NCBI GenBank assembly: GCA_907165135.1
Contig: OU015569.1
Location: 2,232,001-2,296,000, forward strand
Direction of reading: 5' to 3'
DNA from: Oikopleura dioica
Lineage: Eukaryota; Animalia; Chordata
DNA length: 64,000 nucleotides
Shown: piece after piece, positions 13,061-25,332 of the stretch
Layout of the letters: every line of letters begins with the position of its first letter
How positions within the stretch are numbered: the first letter of the stretch is position 1
Notes under the pieces: model-generated
The model's database searches: none
What the model saw: only the letters and a program-made list of their open reading frames with translations
What the model was told of the DNA's origin: nothing
Position numbers and translations under genes: made by a program

Positions 13061-13869
13061 AGACCTAAAAGTTCTGATTCATGATTTCTCCCCAGGTTGA
13101 CGAGCTCTGGAGGAAACTTTTGAACCTTGAAGAGAGTAGTACCCCGTATCAATCTTCTTTTCAACGAAGTTCAAAAAAGAAGGAAGTCGGTAGTTAAAAT
13201 CTGTTAGTGAAACTGGTGATTGGTTTGTTATCGGTGCGTTATTCGCATTAACTTTCGCGAGGGTTGAGTGCTCTTCATCCATAAATTTAGAGATACGATT
13301 TCAGAAAAGCGACTCGGGCAGTCACGTTTGCTTAAATTTCTATTGAATCGCTTATATTTCCTTTCCTTCGGCTGCTCGTTATGGTTTCTTTGCGGCGCGG
13401 CAAGAAAACGCACCTGTGGTGCCTAGAAATCACTCAAGCGCCAGTCTATCACTATACGTTTTAGCTCCTTCCGATGTTCTACAAACCGCAAAGTGTAACT
13501 CTACTAAAATATGAAATCTTTCTAGCACTGACAAAGCGGCCGTCCATTATTTTCCGCAGATTTCCCTAATAAAAATTTCTTGTAGATGATGAATTCTTCT
13601 GTTGATTTTACACTGAAGATACTGTGTATCTACAATCGCATCTTACGCAATTAGAAAATTCTGATCATTAGATAACCAAATTTAGTGTCCTATTTTTCTT
13701 TCGATTTTCATTTCGAGAAGTTCTTTTGCGGGGTATTTTTTCGAGAATGTGGCTGATTCTCTAGATTCTGACTTGAGCGCCTCGCCTTTCGGAAGGCGAA
13801 GTTTCTTTTTTTTGTCGAGAAAGATATTTTTTGATTTTTTCTGATTGGACTCAGGTCTTACGAGAGAAG

Positions 13870-14963
13870 ATGAAGAATCACACCGAGATTTTTTACTTGG
13901 AAGAGGCTGTTTCTCCAGGAGAACATGGATGCTGCGCCTCATGCAAAAGGTTATCGACGTAAAAAATTACAAATTTAATCATAAAAATAAAGATATCCTC
14001 CCAACACCGCACTCATCAACGATGTCTCATATTGTGGTGAGTGTGTCATAGAAAAATTTCCTTTCGACATCTATAAAACAGTGGAATTCACTGACTCCGA
14101 TGCAATGTATCGATGCCAGTTTTGTGATAAGGAAGACCTCTCTTTTCGAGAAGCCTTCATCGGATCATGCTGTAGCATTTCTTTAAATGCCGATTTTGAT
14201 GGTATGTATTCAAGATTTTTTTCTTTATTTTGCGTGAAAATTTAGTGGAGGACAGATATGCAGAACTCCAGCTTGTCCAAAAAATCTACCGAGAATCAAT
14301 AACGAAAGTACGTTCACTCAAAGAGGAATCAAAACAAGCTAAAGAAGATGTAAAAGAAAAGAAAAATGAGGCCAAAGAAGCGGATAAAGCTTTCGAAGAA
14401 GTGGAAAAAGCTGTCGAAGAAGCGGAAATAGCTTTTGCGAATCTTCACTTTCTTGCCCGTCCCCGTATTTTCCCCCGGGCAAACGCCCAATTTCCAACTC
14501 TGCTCGAAGGACTAAAAGAAGATTTTAAAAAATCCAAAGAAAATCGCAAAAAAGCAATAGAAAATTTGAAAAAGTCCGAAGAAAAAAGTGTATCTGCTGA
14601 TAAAAGACTTGAAGCGGAAAAGGAGTTCCGTAATGAAGCGAAAAAACGATGTCTGATGGTCACACGGAAATTTGAAGGTTAGAAATTGATTTTATTAAAT
14701 TGGTCTAACAGTTCATAGATGATAGTTCTGACGATGAGGGACCAGCCAAAAAGAAATCAAAGGAACCCCTCTCTACTGAACGGAATGAATGCGGTATCTG
14801 CTGCAATCCCTACGACGACGAGCACCATGAAGCCGTCCTTACTTCATGTGGGCATAAGACTTGCTACATGTGTATAACCGCCAAACTGCCCTCGAAAAAA
14901 TGCGCATTCTGCAAGAAGCCCTTCACCGCCAAAAACATACTCAAGGTTTTCAACCCTTTGTAA
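13870..14963 (+). CDS. Cys-rich N-terminus, coiled coil and C-terminal RING-HC finger (probable E3 ubiquitin ligase)
   Basis: Four exons joined by GT-AG introns. N-terminal CxxC pairs (CASC, CGEC, CQFC), Lys/Glu coiled coil (ORF 14230-14682), last exon CGICCNPYDDEHHEAVLTSCGHKTCYMCITAKLPSKKCAFCKKPF (C3HC4). The start could lie further upstream. Confidence 0.8.
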
Positions 14964-17878
14964 ACTTTTTCCCTGCCTGTCCAATCTACCATGAGATTTT
15001 TTTAGAGAGGGAGAAGGCCCCTGGCCTCGCTTCCCCGTTTCACTCTCGGGGAAGTCTAGAAATTTCTTTCAGCTCCTGTTGGGTACCTCAGAATAAAGAA
15101 TTTAGAGTGCGGCGCACTGCGGAAAAATACCGTCATTTGATTGGCTAGCCGCGCTAAGCGCGCGCGGCTAAACTGAGAGTCCCAGAGGGCTTAGGACCCT
15201 CAGATTCTCCGATCTCCCTTTAGAAAAAAATCTCATGGTAGTATCTACTCCGATCCTCTATCGTCGAGCAAAAAATAAAAAACAAAATAACTCAAACCAA
15301 AATTTCTTATTTATTCAGCATTTCTATTTCAAGATAAGTCTTAAAAAGCTGTGTTTCGAATTACTCCGCGAGTCACTGGATTTATAAAATTGCTCCGTCC
15401 TGTAACGAAGTTATACTGGAATCTGCGGGAAAGAGGTTTCATCAAATTGCCACGCAAGTTATCGTATTTATCGTTGCGCAAGTTGACGCTGATTCAAAAG
15501 CAAATTATGTATAAATAGAAATCTGATATATTTCTTATTTTGGCTCTGTGGTCCGGCGCCTTATCTAAAGAGAAACCCTGTCAAGTCTTCGTATCAATTG
15601 AACCAGCTTGTTTGAGTTATTCAACAGAATTGAGAGCGATCTTCAAAATGCAATATTTTCTCGAAGGGTTAAGCTTCCGTCCAGCCGCTTGTGCTTGTAC
15701 TACGAAAGTACAAGCGACCAGTGAAAGCCTCGCAAAGCCCCTGCCAGCCACAGAGTTGGCCATTTCGACGCGCGCCGCAGCGCCACCTGAGCGATACGCT
15801 ACAACTCATCAGCGCACCCTTGCCACAACCCTAGACCATCTTTCAGAAAAAAAGGACTTTTTCCCGGCGATCATAATATTTTTCCAATAGTCAGCAAAAT
15901 CGAACTCATTTAGAGGATTTTTCAAGACAAAACTAGAGCTTATTTAAACGAAGACGAAAAGAATAGAGATTAACGAAAATCAGCGCGAAAAAATGAAAGA
16001 AGAAGAAGACATTTTCCGACAGGTGAGAAAATCAAAATCCTAAAACGAAAGATATCTTCTAAATTGTAAATTGTGCTTAATTGATCAACCATTTCTGTTG
16101 TAAAGGTTGAAATGATCAGCGTTCTTTTTTCTTGCACTCTTTTCTGAATTAATATCCCCATCCTTGTAGATTCTAGCAAAAGCTGGAGCATTTACTGCTG
16201 TCGATTTAACGATATTGTCAATAACCTTTGATTAAAAGTAGCCTAGAAATGAGCAAATCATGTTACTATTTAATTTGATATGTTCTTTTGTATTTTCTAC
16301 ATGAAAATGCGCTATTAGATTTTCCTCGTTTTGCAACGGTTGATCCAGAAAACACAAAAGTCAAGTTAAAATTAGGCAGAAAACTCAATCAAAATCAGCA
16401 GTGAATCAATTTCGGAGCTAGAAAAATAAACAGTGCGATATTAATTTGTTCAATAATGCGGCGAATAATGCCAAGCTTGAAACAAAGAATGCTTTAAATG
16501 GTTTTAGAAATTTCGAACAAGAGTTTTTCACTCTTGAATCGAGACTCTTTTTCAGTAAGAAAAAATGGTGAGCAGCTATTTTCCAATTAAAAAAGTGCCG
16601 GACTGCTTTGAAATCTGAAAATGTTTTATTGAAAATTAACTTCTGAGATTGATTTAGAGCCTTGGCTGAAAGTTTTGAAGTGTTTTGCTCATTTGAATAT
16701 AGGAAAGATAGTTGAGTAAAAATGTTTAACGTTGAGGCAGGCCGTAGGAGAAGGTAATCTTTGGGTAAGGATTTGACATCGAACACGTTTCCGGATTACA
16801 GAGTCGTTAACGCCGCGACGATGAATATCGATCAAATAGCTAATACGTGTCCGCTGCAATTTATTTTAATAATTATTTATGCCGAAACTGAGGGCATCTG
16901 TCGCCTTTGCGCTTTCCGGCCACCTCCTAAACTCATTTTACAGTACCAGCCTTTAAATAGCCTGAAAATCGCGAAGCCGCCTGCGGCTTCCAGTAAAAAA
17001 GTGTCAAAAGACATACAGTAACGATCTTTTCGTTGTTTTAGCGGAGAGATACTGAAGCAGGAGTGCGGGGAAAATGAGCTCAACTCGTCGCTCCCGCCAA
17101 ACAACTGCCCAAGAGGAGTTTTGACATCGAGTTGTCATTCTTATTGACGCCACTTGTGGATCTCCAGGAAACAAACAAAATTGTCATCCTTTTTTTCAAA
17201 TAAAAAATGTAGCATGGGTACTTGTGTTCTGGCTAAGTTGGTTGAGTAAGCCCTTCATATTAGACACGAGGTCATCTTGACCTTAGCTCGGTAATTTTGG
17301 GATGAGCGCAATTAGAAGCGAATTTTGCACAAGCACCAACACTCGTCAACAATCAACAACTCTTAGTTTTCTGATTTGATAACGCTTCTTTCATTTGAGC
17401 GAATTTAAGTATCTTCTCGAAAATTTTACTAAAGAATAAGTCGCCCTTTGAAAAATCTACTCATTATTTCGAATTCCTTTTTCTTAAAATATCGTTTTTT
17501 TTTTTGATAAAAGTAAATATTTTCTGCTGAATATAAACGGTTACGAAACGTGTTGATAATTGACAAAATAAGATCTAGTTACATGGAAAGCAGCTTTATA
17601 TTGTTGTCCGGGCATATTCCATAAATTCTCATGATGCGGAATATTTTCCGGTATTACAAGACCTATTTCCGGCCTAGGCAAAATATTTGAGTTTGCGGAC
17701 ACAATCAAATGGCCCTGCGATTATCTCCTGCCCGCCCTCTATCCAAAATTCAAGTGCTTTAGAAACCAATTAATAATTTTTCTAACTAATAAAATTCAAT
17801 CGAAAAGATAACGGCCACGAAAAACATCCAGAACAAGAAATTTTATAGGCGGTACTTTAGGAGCCAGAAAAAGCATTT

Positions 17879-18116
17879 TTCGGCAACATGTATAAGAAAA
17901 CTGAGTCAGGTTCTCAAGGGCCTAAATGAAAAGCCGCGTAGCGGTTTTTTTTTAACGAAGCCGCGAAGCGGCTTCGCCAGAACTTAAAAATGGATAAAAG
18001 ATATAATTTTGCGAAGCCGCTTCGCGGCTTCATTTTTCAAAAAAGCCGCTTCGCGGCTTTTTACTTAGGCTTTGAAGAACCTGATTCAGATTATTCACAC
18101 AGGTTGCCGAGCCTAG
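17879..18116. mobile_element. Palindromic MITE, CTGGG family, degenerate left end
   Basis: ~100-bp inverted arms (cggcaac...ctgagtcaggttct...gaagccgcgaagcggcttc) homologous to the 18628 and 23745 copies. Confidence 0.8.
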
Positions 18117-18627
18117 TTTTAGAGGGTTCAGAAGGCGCTGCCAAGCGTTAACAATGCGATGATGAGTTTTAATGAAAAAGAAAGCGCTGGGCGGGGGATT
18201 GAATCTTTGCCGTGCTAAACTTCCTTGGAATCAGGGATTTAACACCCGCTCGTGTGTTTGGCCTGGCAGTGGACGGTCGGTGACATCCGTTTTTCATTTC
18301 TCGCCATTCGCCAAAATTCGATCTGTCGCAAAAGAAAAACTGGTTGATCAGCGCTGTCTCGCGCCGGAAGTGACTCTCAGCGAGTAAATTGAAGGAACTC
18401 GAAATTCACGCAAATAGTGGCCTCTCTCCTTCAACTCAAGAATTCCATAGTCCAGCACTCCGCTGCGCAACGTGCGCCTGCCCAACTCTCGAGCTTCTCA
18501 CACGTCTCTCGTTGTATTTTACTTGACAAGCCGGCGCAGGCGATTGTTAATTGTAGATCACACTCTCCCAGCAGTTATCCTTTCCTTTTATCTTTTCCTA
18601 AAATTCAAATTTCAAGGGGAAAACATC

Positions 18628-18870
18628 CTGGGAGCGGCAACCTGTGTGGAAAACCTGAGTCAGGTTCTGAAGAGCCAAAATGAAAAGCCGCGCAGCGGCT
18701 TTTTTAAAAACGAAGCCGCGAAGCGGCTTCGCAATTCAATCACTCTTATCTATTTTTAAATATTGGCGAAGCCGCTTTGCGGCTTCGTTTTTTAAAAAGC
18801 CGCTTTGCGGCTTTTCATTTAAGCTCTTCAAAACCTGACTCAGGTTTTCTACACAGGTTGTCGAGCCCAG
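18628..18870. mobile_element. Palindromic MITE (243 bp), hAT-like, 8-bp TSD
   Basis: TIR ctggg(a/c)(g/t)cg(g/a)caacctgtgt. Exact flanking direct repeat aaaacatc at 18620-18627 and 18871-18878. Confidence 0.9.
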
Positions 18871-19095
18871 AAAACATCGTAAAACTGATTCTCTAACTGA
18901 CTCATGAGCTAGAATTAAGGTTCAGACACCCATAATTTTATCCAATCAAAAGAAACTTTTAACTTTTTCAATTTTTATTCCATTTTTTATTGAAAAGTTT
19001 TTCGCAGTTTTCGTCCCTCATTGAAATCTTCCCTCGTTCTGTTAATGAATAAATAAGATGATTCCCTCAGCCGTGATACTAACTTTCAACTTCAG

Positions 19096-22000
19096 AGTTC
19101 TTCAATATGCGTCAACTACTGTGGCAAAGCCGTAAAAGTGAGCGACTTGACGCGTCGGAGCACAGTGACCCAGGTGATACGGAAGCTCGTCAAGCAGCTG
19201 TCCCTGCACAACGAAACAAGCTGGGAGATTGTGGAAGTAAGTTAATAACGTCTTTCTGGGATGCGGCGTGTTCTTGATTAAAAAAACAGTGAAATTTGGG
19301 ATAACACGTTGTGCTTCGCGAAGCTCCATGTTCCGAAGGGAATTTCAATCGAACTCGCGAAATAAAGCGCCAGCACGTGTGTACAGCTATAATTTCGTTG
19401 CTCGCGAAGGAGTCCAAAATCCTTAAATAGACTCGGCAAAAAGCGCCGTTTATATTCAACTAATTCACTTTTTAGAGCAGCTTTTTTTCAAAGTGATTCG
19501 ATCAAAATCAAGCGATGCATTCAATTTGATTGTATTTTACTGAAATTAGTATTTTATTTTGAAACAATCGGCAAAATTGGTGCTCTCACGTGCCATCGTA
19601 ATATTTTCAAAGGCACTAGCGGCCCAGTCCAACTTGAGTAAACACGCTCGCTGGATTTGGTCGGTTAAGAGGGAGACCTTAACAAAATCAGGAATATTTA
19701 TTTACCGGTTCAGGAGTGGCGGGGTACCGAGCGACCGTTACCTACTCGTACACGTCTATTGAAAGTTTGGCACGCATGGTCCTCTGAGCAAGTGCATGTC
19801 AGCTTCAGACTCCAGCTCTCCTCCAAGCGAAGTGCCTCCTACAGACATCGAAGAAGACATCGCCACTCCGTCAGAGGTACAGTATACTACAGTGATAGTT
19901 TTTTTTTCGATCGTATTCGCTAAAAACTTAGGACGTTTAATCGATCGAATATGACTACTCCTGCAGCGCAAAATTGAATATGAGCGAGTCTTTTTGCAAT
20001 CTCATTTTTGGCGTTTCATTTTTCAAATATTATTCTTAATTGACGCCTCACGTTATCCCGTTTGGACGCAGAAGGTTCAGAATCAATTTTGTCGCTTCTT
20101 TGGGCCTGTGACGTGAGATTTATTTTCGAAATAATTACGGACGAACGCAAACACGTGCCATAATATTTCATCAATCGGCAGCATTAGAAACAACCCTTTC
20201 CAAAGGCGGGTTAGGAGCTCTTCCCACCGATAATCCCACGGCGAGGCTTCTTTAAAAAGCTTCTTTAAAAATAATTTCAAAACACGACAGCTAGAAAAAA
20301 TGAATATGCGATACAACCATTTTGACATCAGATAATTACGATCAACATCGCGATAAGGAAATGAGCGGGAATTTCAGGACAAGACCAAAACTATTTTTTT
20401 TTCTCTTTCAGAAGGGCAACGAAGATACATCTCCGAGTGGAGCGAGAGCGAGTCTTCCGAATCTTCGGACTCGTTCCTTTCCGACTCCATCGTCAGCGAC
20501 AGCTCAACAGAATCCGAGTCCGACTGCGAGCTCGTTCTCCGAAGCCGGAAGAAGACGACTCCACAAGTCGACCTCGCAGCGGAGCGCAAGAAACAAATCG
20601 AGCTCATCCAGAGTCAGCAGATTTCCCTCGCCGCCATGGCTAAAACCGAGGCGCAATTGAATGCAAGTATCGAGACGCAATTAGCGAAGATCGAGGCTGG
20701 TGCGAAACAGGAAGGACTGATAACGGCGTTGGGCTCCTCTTACAAACTGGTTTGTTCTTTATCATTATTTCAATCCATTTTTAACGGTTCAATTTAAGAT
20801 CGCAAGCATAGAAGAGCGCCTGGCCCCGTTGAAAAAAGAAATCATCGAGCTAAACAGCCAAATCTCCGAACTCACTTCAAACAGCTCTGAAAACAGCGCC
20901 GTACTGCAGCTAAGAGCAGCCATCGACGCGCAAATTGAGATCACGAAAAGGTAAAGTCCAGCCAAAAGTCGACTAGAATCAAATGACTTAATTTTGAAAG
21001 GCCTTTTTTATCCCAGAGGGTCATTTGCTGGCCGCCTCCGTGGTGAATTTAGAATTTGAGAAAAAGGCGAATGTTTTGCAACGGATTCGCGCCCTGTATT
21101 TAAAAAAATGAGAGCTTTGACGTTCGGCGAAAGTCGGAAGTGGGACGCTGCAAACGTTCATGGAAATTGTTAGCTTTTTTTTTACCACGCAAAAGCGCTC
21201 TTTCGTAATCTACTATTGAAGTTTCTTTGTTGGGTATTTATTCTTTTAACGGGTTAGGGTTAGGGTTAGAGCTAGGGTTAGGGTTAATTAATTGTTTTGC
21301 ATTTTGGATTTTTTGTTTTCTTCTTTTTCTTTACTTATATTGAAAACCGTAAAAGCGAAATTGCCTAAATTTAAAAATCAAAGGTGCGGCAACTAAAACT
21401 GGGCGCGAGCAAGAAAAAGCGCAACTATCTCGTCGTGTCGCTCTCAAGCACCACTTGGTCACGATAAACGTGATCATTTTTTTTTTCTTAAATATAACCT
21501 TTCTAAACAGGAGAGAAAACTCCGCCCATGCAGGAATTTGCTTGTCTCCTGTTAACCAAAAATCTTCATTCCAAGACGCAAATTTCGATAATTTCGCGAT
21601 TTCGTGTTTCGATAATTCATCTTTCCAAATGTCAGAGTTAGAAGAGAAAGGAGAAAACGGATACGTCTTCTAGCTCTGGTTTAACATTTAGTGTTTTTCT
21701 CACAGTCGTGAGGCCATAATCGCGTTCATCACCGAATCGTAATCCGGTTTCGAGAACGTTTGTAAAATAAAAGGAGGGAGCCAGAAAAAGAGAGAGAGCC
21801 GCAAAATTTTGCAACGACTGTAAAAGCGAGCATAAGCGCATACATCTTTATGTAAATTTGAAAAAAAACGAGAGGATCATCATTTGAGGCTTTCGTCATT
21901 TGAGGCACCGCATAGTGACTACGCTCGTCACTTGAATAAAGGCTAAATCGCCAGAAATTGGCCGAGAATATACTTCTGCCGGGCTTTAGCCGTGATAAGC

Positions 22001-23259
22001 TTTTCTGCGGCTAATTCAATCAGGTGTCGCCTTTTTCTTTCTTTCAATTGTCGCTTGATCCCGCGTTTGATAAAGAGAACCTTGGGCTAGAAATTCGAGC
22101 GAATTTATATTTACGGCCTATCTACTGGAACATGGCTGATAAAACGCTGGCGACACGATAAAACATTTTGTGCATAAGTCAATGTAAGACTAAGCGCCCT
22201 TATCGTGGTCCGGATCAAGGGGAGCTTTTAGAACGGGAGGCCTACGATTCTAGTGCCGCAGAGAATCGCGTTTTTCGGTTCAAACATTGCAAATTAATTA
22301 ATCAAATTAGGAAAGTGGTTCTTGGCTTTTATGTTTATAAGAGCGATCCTCGTATTTAGAGTAGAGCTTGTCAAAAAGTGCGAAGGAGCTCTAGGAATAA
22401 AGCCCTTGTCAAAAGTTGTGTTTAGACTCGATGATGAAGCCGAAGAGCTTGCGGCCGCACAACATGATCTAGCGGAATGCGTGGAGGACAGAGAGCACTT
22501 TCTCCTTGATTCGATCCACAACGCGAGTGGAAACCAGCAGGTAAGCCGCGATTCTAACCCGCCTAGGATGCTAGAGAGCGAAAAGTCGAGCAATTCCTCC
22601 TCGGAAGACGCCGACGACGAATGGTCAATGGGCCGGCTGAGTTCCTACGACGAAAATGTTGAGAAGAAGCACACGTCGAAAATGGAAACGAGCGGTGCAT
22701 ACGGCCGCGTCAAGCCGGTTTATTCTACATCGACGACCTGTTCGGACTCTGGGCACGTGTCCGATGGTTCAGACTCGAAGAACGGGTCGGCAGATCGCTT
22801 CAGTTTCACCGACAGTGCGATTGACTCATCGACAGAATGCAAAGCCAAACTAAGGAACGTGGTCCAAAGCGCACAAAACCTGGCGAGATTAAGTTACCAT
22901 CCAACTTGGCTCACAGACTTTACCAGTTATGACCTAATAACCTAAAGCGATAAAATTTATCATCAGTATTTAGTCTCTTTTTTTGCTGACCACTTGCGAG
23001 ATCAAATTGTCACGTTGAAAGTGACTCGGATTCAGTGAGACTGAACTACGTGCAACAACTGCGGCAGAGCTCGTTGATCATTCGCAGCACATCCATCAGA
23101 CTGTCTCGAGAAGCCAGACGACAGAACTCCTCACTTCAGAAAGCTCGCGAAACGAGTCCTAGCAAGAAGGCGAGCTCTCAAAAGCAGCCGGAAAAGACGA
23201 AAACGGCGGCGAAAGAAAACCCGCTGCGTGTTAGTTCTGTGTTCGAAACGCTCGTCTGA
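19096..23259 (+). CDS. N-terminal RASSF family protein (RASSF9/10-like): RA domain and coiled coil; start codon not located
   Basis: Exons give ...TVTQVIRKLVKQL...WEIVE|EWRGTERPLPTRTRLLKVWHAWSSEQVHVSFRL, matching the RASSF9/10 RA-domain signature (E.WRG.ER.LP..TR.L..W.AW..EQ..V.F.L). Coiled-coil exons follow at 20411-20950 and 22427, then a Ser-rich tail ending FETLV*. Confidence 0.75.
21251..21296 (+). repeat. Short interstitial telomere-type (TTAGGG) tract in an intron
   Basis: gggttagggttagggttagagctagggttagggtta: about 6 units, one degenerate. Confidence 0.7.
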
Positions 23260-23744
23260 AATCAATTATTTAATAGCTTGTCAAGTTAACAAACCCTTCT
23301 TTCCTCAACGTTTTAAAATAAACGATCGACAGATGTTGACCCTAACTTAACCGAAATCTCTTTTTTTACGAAATTAATGCCCGCCAGGTGGAATTAATGA
23401 AGTGAGCCTTTTTCCCGCGCTTCTTAATTTATGCTAGATAACATATGGAATGATGATTCTTTTGGCGACCCGAGGAAACACTACAAACACCAGGGTCACC
23501 CGTTCCACGATCACAGAGATAGATAGTCATTTCAATTTGTTACTCAAATAAACGCGCCTCTTTAATCGACTCTAAAACATAATTAATCAAAAAATCTTCG
23601 AAATTGAAGTCAAACCAAGATTCTCAAGTACTGCTACAATCATATTACTGTAGGGGGTATTCGAGGAAAAATTCAAGAATATTAATGAATAGGCATTATT
23701 TGCATAATTTACGAAAATTTTGAAGCCAATACAAAAAGTTGCAG

Positions 23745-24014
23745 CTGGGCTCGGCAACCTGAGTGGAATACCTGAGTCAGGTTCTGAAGAGCCAAAATGA
23801 AAAGTCGCGTAGCGGCTTTTTTAAAAACGAAGCCGCTAAGCGGCTTCGCAATATAACCACTTTAATCTATTTTAAAATACTGGCGAAGCCGCTTTGTGGC
23901 TTCGTTTTTTAAAAAAGCCGCTACGCGGCTTTTCATTTTGGCTCTTCAGAACCTGACTCAGGTTTAGCTTTTCAAAACCTGACACAGGTTTTCCACTCAG
24001 GTTGCCGAGCCTAG
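23745..24014. mobile_element. Palindromic MITE (270 bp), CTGGG family, 8-bp TSD
   Basis: ctgggctcggcaacctgagtgg ... ccactcaggttgccgagcctag; flanks agttgcag / agtttcag (7/8 match). Confidence 0.9.
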
Positions 24015-25014
24015 AGTTTCAGCGACAATCGAAATCGCTGCCTAATTGCATCACCAAAAAAAGCGCATGTTTAATTGCCAACTTGACATTGGGGGGAGCG
24101 ACGTGGTTAATATAACTACGAGTGGACAAGGCTTTCTTGTAGCGAAAGAATTGATTTCGTGAGTGAAGCGCGAAATCGTCATGAACGCGTCTCTCAAACC
24201 ACAATTTGGTTACCCCCGGTATCCAAATTTTCTCTCTTCCGATTTTTCAAGCTCGGAAATATTCGCTTTCGATTTTCCATGCTTTTCTGATTTCTTTTGG
24301 TAATCTTAAAATTTTAAAATTCTCGATCTCGTTTTATTTTTCTTTCTAAAAAGTGCGATTCTTTCTAAACAGAAGCGCAGGCAATTAGGCGAATTGCTAG
24401 ATGACGGACGGTAACTAGTTGATTATAGATTTGCTCAACCAGTACTCTCTTCTGTGGGGAGTAAGCTCATTTAGGAAAATATTAGGAGTCTGAGACCGCG
24501 GCGGTCTCAAATCAGCCCAAAGCCTGTGGCCTGCTCGCAACTTGATTTTTCAGACTCCCAAAATCGAATCTAATCAGGCGGGGATGAGCCACACCACGCA
24601 ACAACGTCTTCAAAAACATGCGCAATGCGTGTACTCTCCCTCCCGTAACGGCTTTAGAATGTCTGACACTTCCGACGTTGGTAAATGACGCAATTTTTTA
24701 ATTTTCACAAACAGCGATTTTTCTCACAGCGTTTTTCGAGGACCACGTTTTTGGAATAAATTTAATTCCTCGAAATAAAACGATAACAATAAACAAGTGG
24801 AAAGAGATAACCCCAAAATTTGCCCCAAAAAAGCGATTTAATCCCTGTTTGTTTGACTCTCCAGTGGTTTAAAAAAGCTCCTCCAATTACTGTTAGTCCT
24901 GCTCAATTAAAAAACAGCAGACCTTGAATGAACCGCCAACCAATTTAGCAAAAATGCTTCGGATAAAAAAAATCAAGGTTTTCAAAAATGGACTTTATTT
25001 TGGTTTGATATATT

Positions 25015-25332
25015 TAGGGTCTCCGGACAAAAATTATCTTTCGATCCTCGAGGGGTTTTTTGCATTTTTATGGGCTCTATCGATAGCTTAGAAGATACTC
25101 AGGAAGAATATGAAATAAAAAAATAGGTGTATAATTTTGGAAGTTGGTCAAAAAAGGGATTAAAAATTCGTACTTTTTCACATTTTGGCATTTTTGACCA
25201 ACTTCCGAAATTATACACCTACTTTTTTATTTCATATTCTTGCTTGAAATCATCTAAGCTATCCATTGAGCCGATAAAAATGTAAAAAACCCTTGAGGAT
25301 CAAAAATTAGCATTTTTTTACCGGGAACCCTA
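25015..25332. mobile_element. Palindromic MITE (318 bp) with TAGGG termini, hAT-like
   Basis: ~140-bp imperfect inverted arms (tagggtctccgg...gtgtataattttggaagttggtcaaaaa and its mirror). Flanks gatatatt / gatataga. Confidence 0.8.

Noticed and set aside
15540-17104. ORFs suggesting retrotransposon or tyrosine-recombinase remnants
   Set aside because: No RT, endonuclease or R-H-R-Y motifs could be confirmed.
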